Source: a virus. From it: a stretch of 64,000 bases of DNA. Of the stretch, positions 34,243 through 44,268 are shown in pieces. Location: the IMG/VR virus record IMGVR_UViG_3300012944_000001, positions 32,001 through 96,000 of that record. One strand, 5' to 3'. The stretch's first letter is position 1. Every line of letters starts with the position of its first letter. Both the position numbers and the translations under genes were made by a program. The notes under the pieces were generated by a model. That model was given only the letters and a program-made list of their open reading frames with translations, ran no database searches and was not told where the DNA came from.

Positions 34243-34590
34243 ATGCACTATTCGAAACACGATCTAGGACCATTATTCGTACACAGAATACAGTTACAAA
34301 AGAAATCTCCCTTAGTACATAGATATCCTTCGCATGAGATGGATGAGCCTTTTCGATGGTCTAACTCCTTGATCCTACGCTTGCCCTGGGCTCGTCAAGG
34401 GCTTGTAGTAGGTCTGTGGCGTTCCACCAACCGTACTGAGGAGCAAACCCTGTTGGATGCTCTAGAAGGTCGTCAGATGAGCGACATAGAGTTTTCAGAG
34501 ACTGAAAAACAACACATACGTAGAAATATGATTAAACGACAATTTTCCGCAGAAGAACAAAAACTACTAGTAGACGTATTGGATTTGTGA
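34243..34590 (+). CDS. Hypothetical protein
   Basis: AAGGA RBS. Confidence 0.7.
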   Translation: MHYSKHDLGPLFVHRIQLQKKSPLVHRYPSHEMDEPFRWSNSLILRLPWARQGLVVGLWRSTNRTEEQTLLDALEGRQMSDIEFSETEKQHIRRNMIKRQFSAEEQKLLVDVLDL

Positions 34591-34865
34591 TGGCATTTTT
34601 TAGAAAAAACTATCGTCCAGATGAGAAAATACGTGGACGACTTCTTAAGAGACTTCGCAATACCAGCGATTCTGAACTTGTACGATGGATGGATAATATT
34701 CATACCGGTATAGGAAAAAATATAGCGGAAATACGAAAGAGCCCAACCCATAGAAATCCGGATCAGGCTCTCGCATATATAGAAGATACTCGTACAGGTG
34801 CAGTATCACTTTTGGCCGCCCTACAAGTATTAGAAGAACGATTTATCCAACTTCAGGGACAGTAA
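34587..34865 (+). CDS. Hypothetical helical protein
   Basis: Coupled to the upstream stop. Confidence 0.65.
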   Translation: MMAFFRKNYRPDEKIRGRLLKRLRNTSDSELVRWMDNIHTGIGKNIAEIRKSPTHRNPDQALAYIEDTRTGAVSLLAALQVLEERFIQLQGQ

Positions 34866-35100
34866 GAAAGATATAAGTATATAGAAGCAGCCCGATTACA
34901 CCAGCAAGAACAAGGGCAATCTTAAGCCAACGACAAATAATAGTAATAGTTCTATTGGTGTTAACCCAGATGCCAAAGCGTGTTTGATCCAGTCTATGAC
35001 CAATATAGCCCCCTACAAGTCCTGCTATAGCAGGACGCACAAAGTGCTGAACATTATTGGAAGATGAGGATGCTTGATCGAATACGTTGTTGTCTTGCAT
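34843..35100 (-). CDS. Small membrane protein, lone minus-strand gene
   Basis: Own promoter (minus TTGACA-17-TACGCT, 35132-35160); GAGGA RBS before ATG 35100. Confidence 0.7.
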   Translation of the reverse strand: MQDNNVFDQASSSSNNVQHFVRPAIAGLVGGYIGHRLDQTRFGIWVNTNRTITIICRWLKIALVLAGVIGLLLYTYIFLTVPEVG

Positions 35101-35204
35101 GGTACTTCCTCTCGGTAGGTTTCTTTCTATCAGCGTAGTACGAATCTCCCTGCCTGTCAACTTAGGTACAATAGAGATTATGAGTTACGAATTGGGAGAA
35201 TAAT

Positions 35205-36779
35205 ATGACAACCGAAATAGAATTAGATGAATTAACTGCTGAAGAACTAGATGCGATAAATAAAACTCGTATCGATTTGGATCCACATTCTAAGGCTTTT
35301 GTGGATGCCTTGGTAGAGAGACTGTTAATATTTGCTGACGAACTTTCCGGTCATCCACTTTATGGCTATCAAAGACCTTTCGCAGCTCGTTTAATAGAAT
35401 CAGTTATCATCAATGATGGGGCGACAGTAACGGCTTTGTTCTCTCGTCAGTCAGGAAAAACTGAAACAGTAGCAGCCACTGTGGCTACCCTTATGATAAT
35501 GCTGCCCCGGCTAGCTAAAGTAGAACCCTTCAATGAGTGGTTAGATGATTTTAAAGAAGGTGTGTGGGTTGGTGCTTTTGCTCCTGTAGATGACATGGCC
35601 AAGACCTTGTTCTCGCGTATTGTATCTATGCTTACTTCGGAACGAGCGCAAGCCATTCTTTTGGATCCCGCTATAGATGAAAAAGTAAAAGGTCGTGGAT
35701 CTGAAATTAAGCTGGAGAAGTGCGGATCTTTAGTACGTCGTCAAACTGCTCACCCTAGAGCTAATATTGAAGGAAAGACTTATCATATTGCTTTGTTGGA
35801 TGAGGCGCAGGTTGCAGATCAAAAAGTAGTAGACAAATCTATACGTCCTATGCTTGCTTCAACTAATGGTTCTTTTGTTATGACAGGAACTCCTACCTAT
35901 GAAAAGGGAGTATTCCACAGAGAGATAACACATAATAAAAGAAATGGCACAAAGCGTGGAGCTAGGATTAATCATTTTGAAGCCGATTATCGTGAAGTAT
36001 CCAGATGGAATCAGCGTTATGAGAAAGCCGTAGCGGGAGACATGCTGCGCATGGGATTTGATTCCGATGAGTTTAAACTATCCTATCGCCTTATCTGGCT
36101 TCTGGAACAAGGAATGTTCACAACTTCTGAGCGTCTGGATGAGCTTGGCGATAAGTCTATGGAAACAGTAAAGAGCTATTACACTACTCCCATAATCATA
36201 GGTATTGATCCTGCACGAAAGATCGACAGTACTATTGTTACTGCCATGTTCGTTGACTGGGAAAGACGAGATGAATTCGGTTATTACCATACACGTATCT
36301 TAAACTGGTTGGATCTTCAAGGACAAGGTTGGGAAGCTCAGTACCATAGAATTGTAGAGTTTGTTTCCAAATATAATGTATGGGCTATAGGAGTAGACTC
36401 TGGAGGAATGGGAGATCTATTCATTTCTCGATTAGAGGTACTATTACCTCATATAACCATTGTTGATGTTTCTTCCCAAAGACCTGCGCAATCAGACAGA
36501 TGGAAATATCTGAGAGAAGTCATAGATCGTGGAAAGATTAGCTGGCCTGCCCACGCTAAAACGAGAAATCTTCGTACCTATAGAAACTTTGTCCAGCAGA
36601 TGTCTGATCTCCAGGTAAAGTTTGAGGGACCTTATATGTTGGCAGAGGCTCCCAAGGAAGCTAATGCACATGATGACTACTGTGATTCTTTGTCTATTGC
36701 CTTAAGCGTGATTCCTGAGAGTATTCAGGAAGAAGTATCTATTTCGAACAATCCATTTTATGATAGAAGAAGAAGTTAA
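35205..36779 (+). CDS. Terminase large subunit
   Basis: Walker A SRQSGKT, Walker B LLDEAQ, TGTP coupling motif, nuclease GIDPA and HDDYCD. Confidence 0.95.
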   Translation: MTTEIELDELTAEELDAINKTRIDLDPHSKAFVDALVERLLIFADELSGHPLYGYQRPFAARLIESVIINDGATVTALFSRQSGKTETVAATVATLMIMLPRLAKVEPFNEWLDDFKEGVWVGAFAPVDDMAKTLFSRIVSMLTSERAQAILLDPAIDEKVKGRGSEIKLEKCGSLVRRQTAHPRANIEGKTYHIALLDEAQVADQKVVDKSIRPMLASTNGSFVMTGTPTYEKGVFHREITHNKRNGTKRGARINHFEADYREVSRWNQRYEKAVAGDMLRMGFDSDEFKLSYRLIWLLEQGMFTTSERLDELGDKSMETVKSYYTTPIIIGIDPARKIDSTIVTAMFVDWERRDEFGYYHTRILNWLDLQGQGWEAQYHRIVEFVSKYNVWAIGVDSGGMGDLFISRLEVLLPHITIVDVSSQRPAQSDRWKYLREVIDRGKISWPAHAKTRNLRTYRNFVQQMSDLQVKFEGPYMLAEAPKEANAHDDYCDSLSIALSVIPESIQEEVSISNNPFYDRRRS

Positions 36780-36822
36780 CTGATATCATATAAATATAAT
36801 GATTAACTATTAAGGATATAAT

Positions 36823-37260
36823 ATGGCTGAAATGTACCAGGAGGCAGGACGCGCCGTACAGCTTGCGCCTGCTCCAAGATTCCCTGAAAGAGACCGTGGC
36901 GCAGTTAACTACGAAGGTAAGACGGCATCAAACCCTGAGCGTCGTGGACCTTTGCGTTTTGAAGAAGGTCTAGCCACTGATACAGACGTTCCTAATGATT
37001 TTGAATTAGGTGTTATGCAGGGCTACCGTACCGCTCCCGGCCGCCCTAACCACAACATGAATGTATTCGAGAAGCCTGCTGCTGAGACAATGCGTGAGCG
37101 TGCACATGTAGGCTCTGCTGCATGGATTGATTCTGCTGGTATGACCGGAGAATTCATGCACGGAGTTAATGTAGATACTAATGCTTCTCGTCGCTTTGAG
37201 CAAGTAAATCGTTCTGGTGGACGTTATGAGCGTCTTCACGGGGCCATTGTTACCGACTAA
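36823..37260 (+). CDS. Hypothetical protein, probably virion-associated
   Basis: Lies between terminase and portal; RGPLRFEEGLATDTDVP. Confidence 0.75.
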   Translation: MAEMYQEAGRAVQLAPAPRFPERDRGAVNYEGKTASNPERRGPLRFEEGLATDTDVPNDFELGVMQGYRTAPGRPNHNMNVFEKPAAETMRERAHVGSAAWIDSAGMTGEFMHGVNVDTNASRRFEQVNRSGGRYERLHGAIVTD

Positions 37261-37280
37261 TTAAACTAAAGGAATACTAT

Positions 37281-37487
37281 ATGGACTCCACTGATATAAC
37301 TAATCGTTTTACGTTTCATCCGGCATCCTCTGAACAAGGAGCCATATATGGCTCTATTCGTTTATATGCAAAAGATTTTGCTACTTGGCTTGACAGCACG
37401 TTGCCAGATAGTAGAGAAAAGTCTTTAGCTATAACTCATTTGGAAGAAGTAGTTTTCTGGAGCAATGCTTCAGTAGCTAGACACTAA
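37281..37487 (+). CDS. Acb2/Tad1-like helical hairpin protein (candidate nucleotide-signal sponge)
   Basis: RFTFHP...SREKSLAITHLEEVVFWSNASVAR resembles the Tad1 C-terminal helix. Confidence 0.6.
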   Translation: MDSTDITNRFTFHPASSEQGAIYGSIRLYAKDFATWLDSTLPDSREKSLAITHLEEVVFWSNASVARH

Positions 37488-37500
37488 TAAAGGATTAATA

Positions 37501-37755
37501 ATGAGCGTATTTACAGAACTAGAGACAAAGCTAGCTGACCTAAAAGATAAGGTAGAAGGAGATCTTCATACCTTAGTAGTCAAGTTAGAATCTATTTTCC
37601 AGCACGTACACTTGGCTCCCGTTGAGGATCTAGTCAAGGAAGCCGTTGCTGCTGATATCCATGCTGCTGCTACTCAGGTTGAGACTATTTCTGACACCCT
37701 TCGTTCTGAAGTGACAGATGCAGTTACTCAGGCTGTAAAGCCAGCTACTAAGTAA
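37501..37755 (+). CDS. Hypothetical helical protein
   Basis: AAGGA RBS. Confidence 0.7.
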   Translation: MSVFTELETKLADLKDKVEGDLHTLVVKLESIFQHVHLAPVEDLVKEAVAADIHAAATQVETISDTLRSEVTDAVTQAVKPATK

Positions 37756-37783
37756 TTTCTTCTAATAATTTTGGACGTGAACT

Positions 37784-38152
37784 ATGGCCGTATTTACCGC
37801 AACCGTAACAGTAGGTACTAGCTCTACTACAACTACTTTCACAGGCTGGGCTCCTTATGTAGCTGTAACTGTTCCTGCCGGAGCAGCTAACTCAGTCTAT
37901 GTAACAACTGATGGAAGCACACCAACTGTGGCTGGTGCAGACGCAGTTGCTTGTCCTATCGGAACTACTTACTTGCGTAATAGAACTGAGCGACCTGAGA
38001 TAACTGCTACTACTCCACTTGCTACAGATCCTTCTGCACCAGGCGCTTTCACTGCTGCTGCTACACCTGTAAAGGGTATTGGTACAGCCAGCGTAGCCGG
38101 AGTAACTATCAGCCTAGTTTCTAGTGCTGGTGTACAGCCTGTTATTGGTTAA
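37784..38152 (+). CDS. Small beta-rich virion protein, paralog 1
   Basis: YVTTDGSTPTVAGAD motif shared with 38396 and 38714. Confidence 0.7.
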   Translation: MAVFTATVTVGTSSTTTTFTGWAPYVAVTVPAGAANSVYVTTDGSTPTVAGADAVACPIGTTYLRNRTERPEITATTPLATDPSAPGAFTAAATPVKGIGTASVAGVTISLVSSAGVQPVIG

Positions 38153-38162
38153 GGAGTGAGCA

Positions 38163-38387
38163 GTGACAGTCTTTCATGATAGACGAACTGCTTCTTTTAA
38201 AGAATTGTCCGGGAATAGTGGTGGATATTTATTCGCAAATGTTCCCGGACAAGAAAATGCTGATGTTCAGCAGCGTAATGATTTTCTGAACAAGTTAGGT
38301 TTTAGTGGAGGACACATTCCTTCCCGTTCCGATATCCGAGAACAGTATCCAGTAGACCAGACTACTGCGGTCGTTAATATGCGTTAG
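38163..38387 (+). CDS. Hypothetical protein
   Basis: AAGGAG RBS; GTG start. Confidence 0.65.
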   Translation: MTVFHDRRTASFKELSGNSGGYLFANVPGQENADVQQRNDFLNKLGFSGGHIPSRSDIREQYPVDQTTAVVNMR

Positions 38388-38395
38388 GAAATACT

Positions 38396-38698
38396 ATGGC
38401 TGCAAGTAGAGCAAAATCAGATACTCTAACAATAAATACGGAATATACAGTTAATTTTCCACAGTATCTTGCGAATATCACAGTGATACATAGAGGCACT
38501 ACAGGTACTATATGGTTACGTACTGATGGTAATGAGCCCGTAATTTTGGCAGACGACAATTATCCTGTGTTACCGGGGCAAGCTGTCACATTTCCTAATG
38601 GCATTTTATCTCAAGAACCTATTACTCGATCTGTTAGTGGAACAAGTGTATTATTAATATCAGATACAGCAATTCCATTTACTGTTTACGCCTCTTGA
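38396..38698 (+). CDS. Small beta-rich virion protein, paralog 2
   Basis: IWLRTDGNEPVILADD. Confidence 0.7.
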   Translation: MAASRAKSDTLTINTEYTVNFPQYLANITVIHRGTTGTIWLRTDGNEPVILADDNYPVLPGQAVTFPNGILSQEPITRSVSGTSVLLISDTAIPFTVYAS

Positions 38699-38713
38699 TA
38701 AGAAAGAATTAAT

Positions 38714-39016
38714 ATGGCTATTCATACTCAAAGTGGAAGTACTGTAGCGAATACGGTACTACCAGTCATTTTTAACAGTTGGAATTCTACTGTAGAAATT
38801 ATAAATAGAGGTACTACAGATATATGGTTCCGTACAGATAAAATTGATCCTACTATAGCGGGAGATGATTGTCATTTTGTTGCCGCTAATAGTTGGGTTG
38901 ATGCCATAAGGAATGGTCAAGTACCTTCAGAACCTGCCACCGGAATAGTATCAACTACTGAAGTACGTCTAATATCTTCTGCCATCGTACCTTTTACAAT
39001 TGAGGTGCAACAATAA
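38714..39016 (+). CDS. Small beta-rich virion protein, paralog 3
   Basis: IWFRTDKIDPTIAGDD. Confidence 0.7.
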   Translation: MAIHTQSGSTVANTVLPVIFNSWNSTVEIINRGTTDIWFRTDKIDPTIAGDDCHFVAANSWVDAIRNGQVPSEPATGIVSTTEVRLISSAIVPFTIEVQQ

Positions 39017-39549
39017 TGGCTAGAGGAAGTTTTGGCGGTGGAGGTTTTAGTTCGGCGGGTACGGGATTAACGGCCTCAGGCTCTACCATAAGTTTAGTTG
39101 CACCTGTAAGCCCCTCTAATTTACCTGCACTTAATCAACTAACTGTTCCTACAGGCGATTTAAATTTAAATACACATAAATTAACTAACGTAATTAATGG
39201 AACAGCTAGTACTGATGTAGCGACATTTGGACAGACTACTAAAGTATATAATAGTGGTACTATTCAATCAGCTTCAAAAATCTTTACTGGAACAACAACT
39301 ACAGATAGTGCAGGAGTATTTTCTTTTAATCTTACTTCAGCAGCATTTACTACTATATTTAGTTTTACTGTAGTTATTGTATCTTCTGGATTAACTTCAG
39401 CAGACATGGGTTTTGCCTCTGTAAATGTGGTGAGTACTACCACTCTTTCTGGTGCAGGTTTTCAAGGAGCAGGAGCAGTATTAAGTGCTCTACCTTTTGC
39501 ACTACTACCAGCGGGACGAACTGTCTATGCTACAGTACTGGGTATTTAA
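39016..39549 (+). CDS. Fibre-like virion protein
   Basis: DLNLNTHKLTNVINGTASTDVAT resembles an adhesin/fibre neck motif; Gly/Thr/Ser-rich. Confidence 0.65.
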   Translation: MARGSFGGGGFSSAGTGLTASGSTISLVAPVSPSNLPALNQLTVPTGDLNLNTHKLTNVINGTASTDVATFGQTTKVYNSGTIQSASKIFTGTTTTDSAGVFSFNLTSAAFTTIFSFTVVIVSSGLTSADMGFASVNVVSTTTLSGAGFQGAGAVLSALPFALLPAGRTVYATVLGI

Positions 39550-39608
39550 ATTTATGCTAATCTTTATAGTATAAATACTAATTCGGCGAACTTATAGGAT
39601 GTAAATTA

Positions 39609-41318
39609 ATGTCAATGACTTTCTACTCTCCTTCAATGAGAGCTTCTGCTTCAGACCTAGCGATTGCTATAAGCCCGCTAGGTCTAGTTGAGCTTTCTGA
39701 CGAAGAGTTTGAAATGCATGGACCACGTTTAAATAGATACGCAGAATACTGGGCCTGGTACTTAGGGCATCATTGGGGAACTCGTAGAGAATTTGGTGAT
39801 CCTCAACTTACCTTTAATTACATAAAAGCCTTTGCTGATTATATTAATAACTTTTGCTTCTCCAGAGGAATTTCCTTTGATACCATTAAAGAGTACGATC
39901 ATATTATTCCTGCCTTACTAAAGAGAATTTGGCAACAGGATAATAATATGAAAGCTGTTACTTGGGAATTGGGTCAGCAAGGAGGTGTCTCTGGAGATGC
40001 TTTCGTTAAAGTAGCTTATGAACCCGCTTGGGAAGATGAAGCAGGAAATATTCATCCCGGAAGAGTTCGTATCCTTCCTCTTAATTCTGCTTATTGTTTC
40101 CCTACGTGGCACCCACACGATAGAGACAGACTTCTTGAGTTTAAATTAAAGTACCGTTTCTGGGGAACAAATACGGAAGGTACTAGATCTGTATATACAT
40201 ATACTGAACTTATTCGTTCTGATACCATCAGAGAATTTGTTAATGATGAACTAATTGATGAGCGCCCAAATGCTCTAGGCGTTATTCCTATTGTGCATAT
40301 TGCTAATCATCCCGCTTCCGGATCCCCTTGGGGAATGTCCGATGTGCAGGATTTGATTACCCTTAATCGTCAGTACAATGAAACTGCTACTGATATCGCA
40401 GACATCGTTAATTATCATGCAGCTCCTATTACCGTTGTTATCGGTGCGAAACCTTCTCAGCTTGAGAAAGGAACCAACCGCGTTTGGAGTATTGGTAACA
40501 AGGATGTAGATATTCATAACCTTGAAAATGGCGTAGATCTACAGTGGCCCTTGGAAGTTCTTAATACTCTTAAGCGTTCCATGCATGAAATGACCGGAGT
40601 ACCTGAGTCTGCTTTGGGCCAGTCACAGCCCATTTCAAATACCTCTGGTGTGGCTCTTGCTATTCAGTTTTATCCTTTAATTCAAAAGTTCGAGCTAAAG
40701 AAGATACAATATGGTAAGGGACTAGCAAAAATAAATGAATTAGCATTAAGAACTTTATTTATTTTTGAACCCGAAGCAGCTTTATATGATCCTACTACTG
40801 AAGGTATTATTAAAGAAGGTCAACCTTTGGCAGTAGATCCAGCAGATCCACTTCTTTATTTCAGTGATATCGATTGGCCATCTCCACTTCCAGTGGATCG
40901 TTTAGTCAAGTTGAATGAGATTGCTGCAATGATGAATATGGATATGGAAAGTCGTAGAGGAGCTTTGAAGGATCTGGGAGAACAATTCCCAGACGATAAG
41001 CTACAAGAAATCTATGATGAACTGCACGAAGATGCTATTCGTGATGGTGCACTACGTATGCTAAGAACACAAATTGATTCTGTAACTGCTGAACTTACCG
41101 GAATGGTTCCACAACCAGACGGTACTTCAGAAGTAGTAGATCCAGGTAAGGATGCCGAAGGCAATCCTAAGCCTCCTTCTGGAGGACCAGGAACGATTAA
41201 TAAAATCGACTTGGATAAGCTTGATGGTGCAGGTTCTATGAATGCCTTACGTGAGGCAGTGGTCACAGCGTACGGAACAAAGCTAGGTTCTCGACAGCTA
41301 CCTACAGACGACAACTAA
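39609..41318 (+). CDS. Portal protein
   Basis: Size and synteny; SGDAFVKV, IPIVHI.N, WGMSD, SGVAL motifs of SPP1-like portals. Confidence 0.9.
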   Translation: MSMTFYSPSMRASASDLAIAISPLGLVELSDEEFEMHGPRLNRYAEYWAWYLGHHWGTRREFGDPQLTFNYIKAFADYINNFCFSRGISFDTIKEYDHIIPALLKRIWQQDNNMKAVTWELGQQGGVSGDAFVKVAYEPAWEDEAGNIHPGRVRILPLNSAYCFPTWHPHDRDRLLEFKLKYRFWGTNTEGTRSVYTYTELIRSDTIREFVNDELIDERPNALGVIPIVHIANHPASGSPWGMSDVQDLITLNRQYNETATDIADIVNYHAAPITVVIGAKPSQLEKGTNRVWSIGNKDVDIHNLENGVDLQWPLEVLNTLKRSMHEMTGVPESALGQSQPISNTSGVALAIQFYPLIQKFELKKIQYGKGLAKINELALRTLFIFEPEAALYDPTTEGIIKEGQPLAVDPADPLLYFSDIDWPSPLPVDRLVKLNEIAAMMNMDMESRRGALKDLGEQFPDDKLQEIYDELHEDAIRDGALRMLRTQIDSVTAELTGMVPQPDGTSEVVDPGKDAEGNPKPPSGGPGTINKIDLDKLDGAGSMNALREAVVTAYGTKLGSRQLPTDDN

Positions 41319-41388
41319 GTACACATTTAAGTAAATTCACATGGGACATATTCGGAAAACAAATAGCTAAAATTTAGGAGATATAACA

Positions 41389-42207
41389 ATGGCAACTCCA
41401 GTACAGCCAAATTTGGTGACATCAATTGAGTCTCCAAATCCGGCAGGAAACGGTGCGCAGAGTCCGAATCCTTCCCCAGCAGCTTTTCAGCATGGCGCTA
41501 CAGGTGAACGAATATTTACCGCAGACGACATTGCAAAGGCTCGTAAGGAAGAGAAGGATAAGCTGTATCCCGAGCTGACTTCATTAAAGGAACAATGGGC
41601 AGAAGCTCAGAAAACCTTACAGACGCTTGCGGATCAACGTACTGCGGAACAAGCCGAAGTCGATCGTAAAGAAGCCGAGAAGCAAGCTTTAATCCAAGCT
41701 AAGAAAGATGAAGAGATGTCTGCAAAGGCTCTTCTGGAAGCTAAGCTGGAGGAGACTAATAATACCTGGGAATCACGTTTTGCCCAGTTGCAGCAAGAAA
41801 GAGAATCTGAACGTGCAGTACTTGCAAAGGAAAGACAACTAAACGAACTTGTAGATTATAGAAATTCTCAATTACAAGCAAGCAGTACTGAGATCGCACC
41901 TCAATTCCATAATTTCATTACAGGTGAGACTAAGGAACAAATTGACAACGCTATAGCACAAGCAAAGGTTGCTACTCAGTCAATCGCAGAAGAAGTCGCT
42001 CAAGCTCGTACGCAACAAACACAGCAGGCTCGTGGAGTTTCTCCCACAGGCTATACAGCTCTTGGTCCACTAGATGGAACCATGGGGCAGAAGCAGTACA
42101 CAGCTGAGGATATTAATAAGATGTCCATGGCTGAATACACTAAGTGGCGTCAGGAGTATGGAATTGCTAATAGTGACGCTCAAAGAAGCCGTGGCATTCT
42201 CGGTTAA
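41389..42207 (+). CDS. Capsid scaffolding protein
   Basis: Coiled coil between portal and capsid; C-terminal INKMSMAEY..WR. Confidence 0.8.
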   Translation: MATPVQPNLVTSIESPNPAGNGAQSPNPSPAAFQHGATGERIFTADDIAKARKEEKDKLYPELTSLKEQWAEAQKTLQTLADQRTAEQAEVDRKEAEKQALIQAKKDEEMSAKALLEAKLEETNNTWESRFAQLQQERESERAVLAKERQLNELVDYRNSQLQASSTEIAPQFHNFITGETKEQIDNAIAQAKVATQSIAEEVAQARTQQTQQARGVSPTGYTALGPLDGTMGQKQYTAEDINKMSMAEYTKWRQEYGIANSDAQRSRGILG

Positions 42208-42280
42208 GTAAATGCTTTAAAAGAAACTATCTGGGCTTATCGGCTAGTGCCCTTGCCCATACAAACGATAAGGACTAAAC

Positions 42281-43318
42281 ATGGCAGGATCAGCCATTAC
42301 GGGCACACCGAATATCTCTGGTGCTCCAACATCTTACCCTGGTGGTAGCTCAGCTCTTTCTCCAGCTATCCAGACCGTATGGTCAAAAGAAATTCTATTC
42401 CAAGCAATGCCGATTCTAAGATTCGAGCAATTTGCTGTAAAGAAGACAGAGCTTGGTGTTACTCCAGGTCTTACAATTAACTTTATGCGTTACAACAACC
42501 TAGGACAAGCTAGCCAGCTTGTTGAAGGTATCCGTATGCAGACTGCTCCACTGACAGCTAGTCAGTTCAGCATTACTGTAGCTGAGCAGGGATTCGCTGT
42601 TGCTGTTTCTGAGCTTCTGCTAAACGCTTCCTTTGATGATGTTATGGCTTCTGCCTCACGTCTTCTAGGACGTAACATGGCTACCTATCTAGACGTATCT
42701 GCTCGTAATACTCTTCTACAGGCTTCTTCTCAGCTCTTCGGGTATGAGAAGGACACTGGTGCATTGAACAACCAGGTTTACTACAACACCGGTACTCCTG
42801 GTACAGGTAATGTTTCCATGACTGGAGACTTCAACCTAACTTCTCAGACAATCTACGACGCAGTAGAAACACTGGCAACAAAGAACGTACCCCGCCTAGG
42901 GGAGACATATGTCTGTTTTGTCCACCCTCACCAGAGCCGTTGGCTACGTAACGATCCTCAGTTCATTGAGATGACTAAGTATGCAGCCCCCGGTAACTTT
43001 ATGCTAGGTGAAATCGGGCGCCTAAATGACGTAGTCTTCATCGAGACTACTCAAGTTCGTAATGTTGTCGGTGGCGCTGGCGCCGGTTGGACAACAGATA
43101 CAACAACTGGTGGTGTAACAACTGGTAATGGAAACGCTAACCGTTATGACTCTATCTTTATCGGAGACAATGCATTCGGTCATGCTATTTCTCTACCCGT
43201 TGAATTACGTGACGGCGGAATTCTTGACTTCGGAAGAGAGCACGCACTTGCGTGGTACGCTATCTGGGGACTTGGCCTGATTACTGATATTTCTGTAGTT
43301 ATCGCCTCTACTAACTAA
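42281..43318 (+). CDS. Major capsid protein (N4 gp56-like)
   Basis: GLTINFMRY, YVCFVHPHQ..LR.DP, GEIGRLNDVVFIET. Confidence 0.9.
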   Translation: MAGSAITGTPNISGAPTSYPGGSSALSPAIQTVWSKEILFQAMPILRFEQFAVKKTELGVTPGLTINFMRYNNLGQASQLVEGIRMQTAPLTASQFSITVAEQGFAVAVSELLLNASFDDVMASASRLLGRNMATYLDVSARNTLLQASSQLFGYEKDTGALNNQVYYNTGTPGTGNVSMTGDFNLTSQTIYDAVETLATKNVPRLGETYVCFVHPHQSRWLRNDPQFIEMTKYAAPGNFMLGEIGRLNDVVFIETTQVRNVVGGAGAGWTTDTTTGGVTTGNGNANRYDSIFIGDNAFGHAISLPVELRDGGILDFGREHALAWYAIWGLGLITDISVVIASTN

Positions 43319-43345
43319 TATTTACTTTATGTCCGTTTAGGACAC

Positions 43346-43380
43346 GCCCCTTCTCAGTGCCCCTTGCTGGGGAGGGGCTT
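43346..43380 (+). terminator. Terminator-like hairpin after the capsid gene
   Basis: GCCCCTTCTCAG/CTGGGGAGGGGC. Confidence 0.6.
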
Positions 43381-43416
43381 CACACTAATACATGAGCTAC
43401 AAAATTGGAGAATAGA

Positions 43417-43794
43417 ATGCCACCACGTAAAAGAGCCGGAGATCTTACCGGCATTGAGACTGAGCGTCTACAGAAGGAAAATGCCGCAGAGCTTAAGAAG
43501 CGCGCACAAGAAATTTCCTTGATGGCTGAAGTTGAAGCTGAGATCAATGAAATTCCCATCGATTATTCAAACGGACCTATTACTTCTGTACAAACAGATG
43601 AACTGGACGTTGATCAGGAAATTCAGCTAGATACGCCTACTCGTGTTATTGTTCCTAATACAACATTAGAGCAAGTTACTTTCGGTGCCGGAAAGCATTA
43701 CACTTTTGAAGAAGGACGAAAGTATACTGTCTCTGTAGAATTAGCACGACACCTATCAAGTAAGGGCCTCCTTTGGGAGGGCGGATACCGCTAA
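43417..43794 (+). CDS. Hypothetical head-associated protein
   Basis: GGAG RBS; synteny. Confidence 0.7.
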   Translation: MPPRKRAGDLTGIETERLQKENAAELKKRAQEISLMAEVEAEINEIPIDYSNGPITSVQTDELDVDQEIQLDTPTRVIVPNTTLEQVTFGAGKHYTFEEGRKYTVSVELARHLSSKGLLWEGGYR

Positions 43795-43809
43795 GAAAAG
43801 GAATAATAC

Positions 43810-44262
43810 ATGTCAGGCAATCTAACGGATACTACGGATCGTGCCATCCTTAATTGGATAACTGGTACATCTTTGGGCGGATGGATACCTCCCACAACAG
43901 GTTATGTGGCTTTGCTGACGGTAGATCCTGGTACTACTTCTGCAAACCCCACAGATCCTCAAGTATCTGAATTAACAGAATTAGCTGCGGTTGGTTACTC
44001 CCGCCAAGCAGTTACTTGGACAGCGGCAACTTCTCCAGTTAATGGAACAAGTCAGATTCAAAATAATAACTTAGTAACCTTTGGTCCTTTTACAGCATCT
44101 AATGGTTCAGGTACTCCTACTACATATGGCGCTTTAGTTACTACAGCATCAGGTACTACAGGAGAAGTTATTTCAGTATGGGAATGGGACACACCTGTTC
44201 TTGCTGTTCAAACTCAATCCATTACTATTCCGATTGCCAATATCACTCTCACACAACAGTAG
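43810..44262 (+). CDS. Virion structural protein
   Basis: YVALLT.DP...GYSRQAVTW...N...VTFGP motif. Confidence 0.7.
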   Translation: MSGNLTDTTDRAILNWITGTSLGGWIPPTTGYVALLTVDPGTTSANPTDPQVSELTELAAVGYSRQAVTWTAATSPVNGTSQIQNNNLVTFGPFTASNGSGTPTTYGALVTTASGTTGEVISVWEWDTPVLAVQTQSITIPIANITLTQQ

Positions 44263-44268
44263 GTCTCT

